NCBI RefSeq assembly: GCF_004010195.1
Contig: NC_057718.1
Span: 101,821,908-101,882,514, forward strand
Direction of reading: 5' to 3'
DNA from: Chiloscyllium plagiosum
Lineage: Eukaryota
DNA: 60,607 nt
The translations under genes were made by a program, and so were the position numbers. This document shows positions 39,788 through 50,347 of the stretch, in pieces. The notes under the pieces are model-generated. The model was not told where the DNA came from. It worked only from the letters and a program-made list of their open reading frames with translations, and ran no database searches. The number at the start of each line of letters is the position of its first letter. Position 1 is the stretch's first letter.

Positions 39788-41437
39788 GTCTTGGAACGCA
39801 TCCCTCACGGGTACTGGGAGACTACTGCATTGAGATTGGAACTACGTACATTAAATGTACAATGTGTTTTGTCACAAAACAAAATCCTTATTCAATACTC
39901 AAGACAAATGACCGGCTGTACTTATTTTGACTTTTTAAAACCTGACAGGAAATGTTGCATTTTCCATGTGGTTACTCAAGGCAATGGGTCAGTGCATTCT
40001 TTAACAAGGAGAGGAGTGTTCAATAGAAAGTACACAATCTATTATTCTACTGGTATGGTGAAGCTGCATCCTTTTAAGACCATAAAAGTGAAATCCATGA
40101 ACAATTAGAGCTCACACTGAAGGTAAAATTAGATGAAATGATCTTTGGTCAAAACTCAACTGGACAGTTGAGAGTACTGATCAGTTTCAGGCTGCATACC
40201 AAAATAAAGTTCTCCTTTTTCTAAAAGTTTCACAACAGTTTTTGTGAAGTTTCCATTTTAAAAATTTTATTTTTAACATCCTGGAATGATTCATCTAGTT
40301 TTGAAATCATTTGAAAAAGCAAACTAAATTATTATTTGAAGTCAGATATACAGATTTTTTGACTGCTGTGCTGGTTACCCGAGAGAATTATACAGTTACT
40401 GGGAGATTACCGAAAGTGACACACCTAGTCTGCGCATGCTGGGACCAAATTGTAGTTGTTAACTTCTAACTGAGAATCTAATTGCTTTGTTAAGAATATT
40501 AAATGCAAAGCCAGAGCCTTCAGAGAAGTTCCAAACACTGATTAAAAGCACCGAAAGAAAGATAGAAAAGAAAAAATTCTAGAGATACATTTAATTGCAT
40601 TATTTGTTAACATGATGTACACAATCACTTATGATTTTATGTCATCTTATTAATATCAGTATTTAAAATGAAGACAAAATGGACTGTTAAATTATTTTTG
40701 AATAATTCGATTGTTCAACTTTGTGCTCCTGTGGTGTTGAATTTTATTTGCTGTTCATATTTGTTCATTTGAGATTTCTTAACTATAGCAAGGCAATATT
40801 CAGGCTTGCACAAACAAGTCACAGGGAACATTCACATAATGCCAAGATGTTCAACAACTACAAGTTCCCTCAAGCTTCAACAATATACCCACTGATCAAG
40901 AGTATTTGGGCAAAGTGAACATCACTGACTAGGGAGTTCAGCATAACCAGCCATGTCAACACCATGGCTACAAAAGCATGTCGGATTAGGTACTCTACAA
41001 GAGTTGACTCGATTCATGGTCTCCAAAAGCCCCTCCACAAAATACATGTGTAATCCAGAAATACGGCTAGTTGCTCAGCAGTCACGCAAATGGTTACGGC
41101 CACAACTCATAATTACACTATATTTAGAAACATACCTTCATTAAGCAGTAGGTGGAATAAAAAGAAAAGGGAGACAAAAAATTGGTGTCAAATATTCTTG
41201 CACATGATAAATGCTAGAAACATTACACTATAAGGAAATCTAAATTCGAGCCTTACAAGGAAGCAACTTGTATGGAAAAGGTCATGTATGGGCTTGTCTG
41301 TCTCCAAGACAAGCATCAACAGTTTGCATTGATTTTTTTTTATCCTCTTAATTGCAATCGCAACTACTACTCCTGAGGCAAAACAACTCATGATCCTTAT
41401 TAGCATTGTTCATCATTTGTTATCTCATTGCACTTCA

Positions 41438-41956
41438 GGGGAGACAGAACGCCAACTTGTGGAACGTTTCAGAGAACATCTCCGGGACGCACACTAAACA
41501 ACCCCACCGCCCTGTATCTGACCACTTCAACTCCCCGTCCCACTCCGCCAAGGACATGCGAGTCATGGGCCATGTCCACTGCCAAATCCTAGCCACCTGA
41601 CAACTGGAGGAAGAACACTTCATCTTCCGCCTTGGGACCTTCCAACCACATGGCATCAATGTCAATTTCACCAGTTTCCTCACCTCCCTTCCCCCCACAA
41701 ATCAAACCCTCCAACTTGGCACCGCCCTCTTGAACTGTCCCAACATGTCCATCTTCCTTCCAACCTTAACTCCCAAGCCCCACCGCCCTCTCATTTATCT
41801 CTCGGCGCCCTTGGGCCCTCACCACATTGCTGATGAAGAGCTTATGCTCGAAACGTTGATTCTCCTGCTCCTTGGATGCTGCCTGATGCGCTATGCTTTT
41901 CTAGTGCCACACTTTTGACTCCAATCTCCAGCATGTGCGGTCCTCACTTTCTCCTC
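41438..41956 (+). mobile_element. 5'-truncated Penelope-like element (GIY-YIG C-terminus + terminal repeat)
   Basis: GETERQLVERFREH and HFNSPSHS motifs; ends ...tcctcactttctcctc; 14-bp TSD CTCATTGCACTTCA at 41424-41437 and 41957-41970. Confidence 0.9.
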
Positions 41957-42184
41957 CTCATTGCACTTCATGTTCACCTTGAAGGAGGTGCCAACTGACA
42001 TTTAAATTTTATATGCAGTGAACACATTATACTGTATAATATAACATCAAAACCAAAGCTGATTCTCCTGTAATCAATTTGGATTGGCAACTTCGTAAGC
42101 TGTATCTCCATCCGAGTCAAAACATGAAATGTCTACAGTTAAAATATCTTAAGTTTGAATTTTCTCTTACAGACACATTCTTAC

Positions 42185-42294
42185 CCTCTACATATGGACC
42201 TTCCTTTGGATGTTCCCTCACTCGTAAATTGTACGTTTTGGTTGACTTCCGCCTGAGCAAATCCCTTACTCGCTCATTATAAATCTCCAGGTAG
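42185..42294 (-). CDS. KIF16B: KIF16B exon 6 (110 nt)
   Basis: aaacag|[36 protein letters not shown]|gtaaga. Confidence 0.97.
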
Positions 42295-42815
42295 CTGTTT
42301 TGTGAAAGAAAGAAACCATTTTACAATACTTTACAGGTTACTAATTTAATTTAGAATACCCCAAGTATCTGACACAACCCACTTGAGAAAGCGCACTGAT
42401 ACTTTGGCCCCATTATTTCCAGGATTTTCACAAAAGTTAAAGATTAATCAAATCATTCCAGAATCCCAATTTTCTTGTCAGATGAACTTAGATTCACCTG
42501 GTTTCTGTCATGACAATTTGTTCCATCATATCTAACTCCTGAAATCACCTGTTGAATTCCTCTGAAAACTTCTGTACACACCTGAGAGCAAGTTTTCTGG
42601 GTGAAACCATTTTTCTTTGGTTTAGATTTTTTTCCAGCATTTTTTCCAACTATGGAATTGTTACAGCGTTTTATTTTATTAGGAGGACCACAGACTCAGT
42701 TTCTATTTGGATGCATCAGATAATCAAAGTCTTTGATTTTTTCCCTGAAATTCATAGTTCAGCTTGTTCAGTTTTGACATTGTGTCTGTAAGGAACGTCA
42801 AATCGAGCAACCACA

Positions 42816-43127
42816 CAGCACGGTGGCACAGCAGTTAGCACTTCTGCCTCACAGCGCCAGAGACCTGGGTTCAATTCCCGTCTCAGGCGACTGACTGTGT
42901 GGAGTTTGCACATTCTCCCCGTGTCTGCGTGGGTTTCCTCCGGGTGCTCCAGTTTCCTCCCACAGTCCAAAGATGTGCAGGTCAGGTGAATTGGCCATGC
43001 TAAATTGTACGTAGTGTTAGGTAAAGGGGTAAATGTAGGGGAATGGGTGGGTTGCGCTTCGGCGAGTCGGTGTGGACTTGTTGGGCCGAAGGGCCTGTTT
43101 CCACACTGTAAGTAATCTAATCTAATC
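42816..43127 (+). mobile_element. HE1-type V-SINE
   Basis: Near full length, (TAATC)n tail. Confidence 0.93.
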
Positions 43128-44087
43128 ACGCATTACCCGACAGCTCACTGCACACCTCTTTTAAACAATTTAAACAAAAAGTGTCAATTTCAGGCAATAA
43201 ATCTGAAGATCTTTGTAGGATTGCCCCAAGACATAACCACTTCACATCAACATGGAGGGTTAGCTCGTTGCCCACAGCACTGAGCTATTGAGTAAGGATT
43301 TAAACAAACGGTGCTAAGAGGCTGAAGCTTGAATTGAGTTTACAAGCTCAACAACTTTCGTTACATGAGAAATGCCCACAACTTTACTCACTTTCTTAAA
43401 GATTATAATGGTAGTAATTGACAAAAAAACCCACCAAAAACAGGACAATTGCTGCAAAATGCAATAAAGCCTGCATTTATGCACAGCCATACTTGGCACC
43501 AGTCAGATGGAAACCAATTTCTTGGCTGGAATGTATTCCTTAAGCATGTAACTTTTCAGTTTGTTGTAGATATCTTCACCTAGCTCTCGCTTTAAAAAGA
43601 GGTAAAAACAGGGAGAAGATCCTTTTTTTGTTGTTCGGTTCTAAAAACAATGCATGCAAAATCAATTAGCTGGATTATGCCCATCACGAGGGTAGATTAA
43701 TCAAATTGCAGTGAGACATATTCAGAGTCCTTCAGGTTCTGCTTTGATTGAAAGATGTCATTGAATGCAGATTGCACTTGTCTTCCTACTGTGGACATAC
43801 CAAGTGATTTGCTCTGCATTGCCATGATTGTTGCTTTGTTTTTAAAATCTTTGAAAAGCATCAGCTGCCAAAGTCATAGATTTTTTAAAAATACTTTGCC
43901 ATTTGTGAAAGTGATGCTTCAGTGCAGGCCTTTTGCTGGTTCTGAAGAAAATGACTGTTGAGCTTTCAGAGTAGCCTTCAGTTTATCAACTTTCTTTGTC
44001 TAACACATGCTATTCATGGGAAAGCTAATGCTAAATTTACTGTGCACTATCTTGTTGTTCCAAAGAAAGAAAATTCCAATTTCCTAC

Positions 44088-44185
44088 CTTACTTCTGTGC
44101 GAAATGAAGCTTCATCCCACCTAGACCTCCCTGCAATCCTGTCATACAGCCCTTGACAAATTCGAGGTATGAGGCCTGCATCATC
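44088..44185 (-). CDS. KIF16B: KIF16B exon 5 (98 nt)
   Basis: actttag|DDAGLIPRICQGLYDRIAGRSRWDEASFRTEV(S)|gtagga. Confidence 0.95.
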
Positions 44186-44214
44186 CTAAAGTAGAATGTA
44201 CAATAGATTGTTAA

Positions 44215-44515
44215 TAACAAGGGGATACAGTTTTTAAAATGAAAGGCAGAGAGTTTAAAGGGGATTTAAGGAAAAACATTTTCATCCACAGAGGGGTGTG
44301 ATTGTGGAATGCACTGTCTGAGAGGGTAGTTGAGGCAGGAAACCTCAACCTTTTAAAAAAAAACTTACTGGGATGAGCAGCTGAAGTATCATAATTTATA
44401 AGTCTCAAAAAGCCTAACTCAGAAAACCACGACTAGATTAGGTAGTGGTATATTTTTAGTGGTACAGACTCGATGTGCTTAAGGGCCTCTTTTGTACAGT
44501 ACGATTCTATGATTG
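44215..44515 (+). mobile_element. CR1 LINE 3' fragment next to the exon 5 acceptor
   Basis: Similar to 6490-6712; ends gattctatgatt. Confidence 0.75.
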
Positions 44516-44561
44516 TCTACGACATAGGAGAGATGTGGATGTCAAGTTTACTTTCTGATAG

Positions 44562-45680
44562 AAACACAGAAACAATGAAAATAGCTACAGGAGTAGGCCA
44601 TTCAGCCCCACAAGCCTGCACCACCATTCAAATTGACCATGGCTGATCATACAATTTCTGTCACCCACTCCCTCTTTCTCTCCATATCCCTTGAGCCCTT
44701 CAGCCACGAGGGCCACATCCAGTTCCCTCCTGAATATATCTAATGAACTGGTCCCAAAAGCTTCCTGTGGTAGAGAATTCCACAGGTTCACAACTCTTCC
44801 TCATCTTAGTCCTAAATGGTTTACACCTTATTTTAGACTGTGAACCCTAGGTCTGGACTTCCCCAACATTGGGAACATTCTTCTCACGTCTAGCCTGTCC
44901 AGTCTCACCCATCAGGTATTTATGATTCTATGAGAGGAGAAAGTGAGGGCTGCAGATGCTGGAGATCAGAGCTGAAAATGTGTTGCTGGAAAAGCGCAGC
45001 AGGTCAGGCAGCATCCAAGGAACAGGAGAATCGACGTTTCAGGCATAAGCCCTTCTTCAGGAAAGCCCTTCCTGAAGAAGGGCTTATGCCCGAAACGTCG
45101 ATTCTCCTGTTCCTCGGATGCTGCCTGACCTGCTGCGCTTTTCCAGCAACACATTTTCAGCTATGATTCTATGAGATTCCCCCCTCAGTTCTGCCATCCC
45201 AGGAATCATTCTGATGAGCCTTCGATAGATTCCCTCAGTAGCAAGAATGTCCTTCCACAGACTAGGCGACCAATACTACACACAATATTCAAGATATGGC
45301 CTCACCAAGGCCCTCTTTAACTGTAGCAAAATATCCTTCTTCCTATACTTAAATTACTACAGCATGCCATTAGCTTTCCTCAACACCCGCTGAACCTGCA
45401 TGCCAACCTTCTGCGACCGTTCCACCATGACACCCAAGTCTTGTTGCACTTCAACTTTTCCTAAACTGCCACCATGCAGATAGTCCTGTTTTTACCAAAG
45501 TGTATAATGTCACATTTATCCATATGTTATATTTGCCAAGTATTTGCCCACTCAGCTAGCCTGTCCAAGTCACCCTGCAGTCTGTTAGCATTCTCCTCAC
45601 AGCACACACTGCCACCCAGCTTAGTGTCATCTGCAAATTTAGAGATACTGCATTCAATTCCTTCATCCAAATCATTAATT
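44562..45680 (-). mobile_element. CR1 LINE 3' fragment (interrupted at 44934-45162)
   Basis: [11 protein letters not shown] (gtgtcatctgcaaatt at ~45624); NLWNSLPQEA. Confidence 0.85.
44934..45162 (-). mobile_element. Penelope-derived hairpin element, family A
   Basis: Same arms and tail as the 27354 copy; 13-15 bp TSD TATGATTCTATGA(GA) at 44921 and 45162; sits inside a CR1 fragment. Confidence 0.9.
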
Positions 45681-46799
45681 GAACCCTGCTGTATTCAATG
45701 ACTGTATTGATGTATCCAATTATTTCACTTTCCTGTTGTTATTTATGTAAACCTTAAAACAAAGTCTAGCAAAACAGTAGCTCAATTAGCAAAACATATT
45801 TGGCACATCTATGTGGAATAGAAGATTTCTAGGGCACTGAATGAATCCTAAGGTAGAGGAAGCTCAAAATAGACAGCATCTAAACCAAACTGATACCAAT
45901 GTTCTCACTGAGAGGTAAATAATGCAGTATTGGTAGAGTTGAACTAGCCAAGGCTGATAAAGAAGAAAATCAGAGCTTACAGAGAGTAAAGTCAATTGCA
46001 TAACAAAACAATAGAGTCAAAATAGTCACCCTAGTGAGGGAGTGATAATATATACTTTAGGAAAATTTGACATAGCTCAAGGAGAGCCAACGTAAGGGTA
46101 AGAAAACAAAAAGAAGGGAAAAAGACCACTTGACGTTTGAATGTCAGGGCAAATGAAATATTGAACAAAGAACCAAACTGAATTGGAAAGAGCTGATGCT
46201 GCAGTCTTGATGAAAACTTTCTGGCAGGTTAGGAATAACTAAGGTCATAACTCTGAACAACAAATTTTCAGTAAAGACAAATGTATTATTACTAAAAGTG
46301 GAGTTAAACCACTAGAAAATTTACCATGTCTGTTTCAGCTGAGGTAAGAGATAATAAAAGACCCAATTGCCATATTAGGAGCACAATCAAAACCACCAAA
46401 TAGTGAGAAAACAGGAGGATGAATTGCATATACAATTTTGAAAGGTTTCTGCGACAACTTTTATTTGTACTGTTCTTTGATCAAAAACATCCCAACGCAA
46501 TTCACTGGAACATCATAAAACAAAATACCGCTGAGGTGCAAAGGGATAGCAAACTGGATAATCAAAAACCTGATCAAAAAAGTAGGATTTAAGGAGGAAC
46601 ACAGGGTAAAGAGACGTTACTTTAAAGGTATTCACTTTTATGCATTAAGGAGGTATACACTTGTTTTTTGCGAAGAATATATTAAAACAAGCCTTGAAGC
46701 CCTAGTCAAACTACATCATTTAATATCAAATTGGGGAAGGCTCAATCCACAAGCTTTGTACTGTGCCTATGCCACTAGACTCGGGTATTGGAAAATATA

Positions 46800-47028
46800 G
46801 AGGAGAAAGTTAGGACTGCAGATGCTGGAGATCAGAGCTGAAAATGTGTTGCTGGAAAAGCGCAGCAGGTCAGGCAGCATCCAAGGAACAGGGGAATCGA
46901 CGTTTCGGGCATAAGCCCTTCTTCAGGAAGGGCTTTCCTGAAGAAGGGCTTATGCCTGAAACGTCGATTCTCCTGTTCCTTGGATGCTGCCTGACCTGCT
47001 GCGCTTTTCCAGCAACACATTTTCAGCT
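46800..47028 (-). mobile_element. Penelope-derived hairpin element, family A
   Basis: Same arms and tail; 14-bp TSD TATTGGAAAA(T/G)ATA at 46786-46799 and 47028-47041. Confidence 0.9.
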
Positions 47029-47082
47029 ATTGGAAAAGATAACCAATATACTTATCCCATTTGACTATCACAAAGTTCTTAC

Positions 47083-47199
47083 CGGGTTTCCCATCATTGT
47101 ATAGGATTTGCCAGATCCGGTCTGCCCATAAGCAAATATGCATGCATTATAGCCTTCAAAGGCAGCTTTAAGGACATCAGTCCCAAGATCCTTGAAAAC
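47083..47199 (-). CDS. KIF16B: KIF16B exon 4 (117 nt), P-loop
   Basis: cttatag|[39 protein letters not shown]|gtaaga. Confidence 0.97.
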
Positions 47200-47519
47200 C
47201 TATAAGAAAAGGATTATTATTCTCCATATGACAGGGACAGACTAATGTTTATATTACTTGGCCTCCAGTATAGATGTTAGTATAAGTGGTATAACTCTTT
47301 CAAGAGTACTTAACCCTTTATATTAACAACAAAAGTAACTGAACCATCACACAACAAATCACTTGAATCAAAACAGTCAAACAATTAAAGAGAGACTCAA
47401 GCTAGGGCAACAGCTGAAATAGCAGGACAAAATTAATGGAATACAGGATCATTTTTGGTTTCTGGCTTCCCATCCCAATCTTCAGACGGACATATAAACA
47501 AACTGGCCATAAACAAAAC

Positions 47520-47735
47520 AAAAGGTAAAGTCACAATCGTCCCAGAGGATCCTAGGATTGCTCTCTCAGACAGAAAAATGACTGGTGATAAGTTTAACCC
47601 GATGGTCACCTCATCTAAGGTGATCAGCAATGTTGAGAACAAAGGCACTTCACACTGACATCAGCCAGTACAGGAACTGAATACATGCTGTAGGAATCAC
47701 TCTGTAGCCATCCAGCCAACTGAGCTAATTGATCA
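47520..47735 (-). mobile_element. Third tRNA-derived SINE, old
   Basis: Reverse complement begins ttagctcagttggctggatgg (A-box-like), then a decayed B-box and gtgaccatcgggttaaac. Confidence 0.5.
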
Positions 47736-47845
47736 CAATGTATAGACTGTTATGTGTGTGGTTCACGTGAGTTTAAATATACAAAGCTTATAAATTCTTA
47801 AATAACTACAAAATATCAAACCAAAGAGAGCAATAATTGCATATA

Positions 47846-47985
47846 TAGGGGAACCTCTATTATCTGGCATTCAATTATCTGAATATTGGATTATCCGGCA
47901 AGATCTCAAGGTCCCGATGCCTGACTAAACCAAGTTATCCGGCATTTGATTAACCAAACAAAATACTCCCCTCCCGTGTCCTTCA
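47846..47985 (+). mobile_element. Tigger/pogo-like MITE fragment
   Basis: ta-taggggaacctctattatctgg followed by repeated attatc(c/t)gg subterminal motifs. Confidence 0.5.
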
Positions 47986-50074
47986 TAGAGCTTGTATAAC
48001 AAAAAGGTTAAAAAAAAAGTGTTATTTTTCAATACTAAATATACTTGTGAATTTAATTTCAATGTCTGGAGGTTTGAGGTAGTGGTTCATCTTGAATGCA
48101 TGTCAGTATAACGATTATTACAGGAAGCTCAGAATGGGCGTGCTCTGATGAGTTATAGGCGGGGCTTAGTCCACCTGTTCTGCCAATAATGGCCTGCAAG
48201 CCTACAACATGTATATTAACAGATTACATAAAGGGCAGTCACTTTCACTTCTTCGCTAGAGTTTGGCCCTTTTGTTTGTCAACAATACTCAGACTTTCAA
48301 AATGAAAAATGTACAGCCTAGCTGCCATCAGGTGCACATTAATTATCACAACCAACTTAAATGTGTGTTGATTTTTTTGGGAAAAAAAGATGAAGTTAAA
48401 ATAAACAAAAATTTATCACTTATACTTTAGTCTTCCAGCAGATCACACTATAATGTGCAACACAGAACAGAGTGCAGTATCTGCTGTGGTACAGCTGTAC
48501 TGCAACCTATTATTGGTATGGTAACTGGCAGAAAATTACATATGACCAGCTCACTAGTCATGGACTGATGACAGAAGGTTATACTTCCTCCTTTCCTTTA
48601 TCAGCTCAAAACTAAACCCCTCACTTTTAAAACATTTCTTGTTCATTCATATGCAGCAACTGCTCCTCCTCAATTCTTTCACTTCCTCCAGTTTGATTCC
48701 TCTGAAAGAACCAGTCTCTTTTATCCCACCAGAGGTTCTGCACTGGTGACACAGCCTTCTAATATGAGTTCTAATATTCCTCAGCTAAAATGGGTATATT
48801 GTTTGTTGTCCTTTGCTAATCACACCCAAGATGAATGCCTTTACTCATTCAGATAACAACCCAGTTTTGTGATTGTAATGATGGGGTGAGACTGTCAGCA
48901 CACACATGTGTTAGCCATGGATATCCAAAAGATGCCATCAGTAATTCCCTATTCCTCTTACAATGTCTTAGCAAAGAAAATACACTGCAATTCTATCTTT
49001 CCCGAAAAAAAAACATTTTATTCCCCATTTTTATTCCTAAGCTACAATCATGTAATCATGGTTATTAGTTATTGGTTGCTGTCAGCCTGCAAAATCTATG
49101 ATATCAGCTACAGAAGGGTCAAATGTTTTAAAGGGACACCTGAAAATCTATGTCCAATTTTTCTTTAAGATCACTGGCTTGGATCAAAGTTTCTTTACTT
49201 ATCTGGGTAGAGGAGATACCCACTAACAGCTCATCAAACTCAAAATCTATTCTGAAAAAGCATTCAATAGGTCTTTCCCCCAGTGTCCTAGGGTCAATTA
49301 CCATCCCTTCACCAGGGAATCCTTAGAATTAGTCTCAGTAGTGATGAAAGATGGAGAAATCAAGCAGATTTCTACACTTCAAATCATTCCCAGACCTCAG
49401 ACACCAGCCACTGGCTCCGCAGGGCTGAGCAGAAAAATAAGACAGAGAAAGCCGGCAGAGATACAAAATGTGGCAGTAAGCCATCCTAGACCTCGATCAT
49501 TAATGTCAAGGGCCAGCAGTGCTGAGTAGTCTAGCCCTCAGCCTCGAGTGAACAACCAAACCTTCCATCTCCTGATCAGCTCAGGAAAACTGTTTAACAA
49601 ATAATCTCTGTTTCCAAGTTGTCTTCCAAAGATATTACAGCAGAATTGCAGAATGCCCACTATCCACATGATACTAGCCAGTGGACATGGCAGCACATGC
49701 AATGTCACCTGCATTCCTCCATAAATGATGTAACTGCACTTACAACAATATTTTTAAAACCACAAGGGATCACAAACAAATCTTGTTTAGAATGTGTTTG
49801 CTCTTCAAAAATTCCTACCTCTCTTACCATTCAACGTTTCCCAAGTGCACACTCAATCCTGTAAACAGTTCTCTGCCCCACCACAAGTTTGGCCTACAGT
49901 GCCACGGTTCCCACCCCCAACAAGGAAGCAGGTCCCAAATCCACATTGGCCTGAATACCAATCATCCCCTGCACTGTTGGTAATCAAACCACACCAGGCA
50001 TTCAACCAACTGAACCCCTAACATCTCAAGGAATTTGGAGTTGCTGCAGCAACACAGACTTTTCCATGCACTTC

Positions 50075-50208
50075 GTAATCCAGAGCCACAGATACTGATG
50101 GTAAAGGCAGCAACTTTCTTTCCATCACATGGCTGACCAGGAATCTCTCCTGCTCTTATCACCCATATCCTGTTTGGTTGCATTATCAATGTATCAAGTT
50201 CTGGAGAG
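50075..50208 (-). repeat. Unclassified ~133-bp dispersed repeat, copy 2
   Basis: Inverted relative to 2291-2422. Confidence 0.9.
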
Positions 50209-50347
50209 GGACTCAAACATGGAACTTTGGAAACATGGAGACACAAGGAAAAACCATCTGCTGTGCTACATGATCTCCATCCTACATACACTGCTTATGT
50301 TAAGTATTTCATATTATGACCAATGCCTGTAAATTATTTTCTGGGTT

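Larger units (their letters stand above)
37582..39827. mobile_element. Tigger/pogo-like non-autonomous DNA transposon split by the CR1 insertion
   Basis: Right end reads (reverse complement) cagtagtctcccagtacccgtgagggatgcgttccaagac, like Tigger/MER2-type termini; left part starts TA|CAG at 37580 and has ttccatttaaatgaatggg; halves rejoin at gtc. Confidence 0.6.

Noticed and set aside
44934..47028. Inversion of the DNA between the two neighbouring hairpins as the cause of the flipped loop
   Set aside because: Each element keeps its own TSD pair in direct orientation and the host CR1 continues colinearly
44930..47104. Repeated ORFs MCCWKSAAGQAAS... on both strands
   Set aside because: Translations of the palindromic hairpin element, not a gene family
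48136..48187. GC boxes, CCAAT and a CTGATGAG heptamer in intron 3
   Set aside because: Short motifs expected by chance; no GAAA partner for a hammerhead and no CpG island
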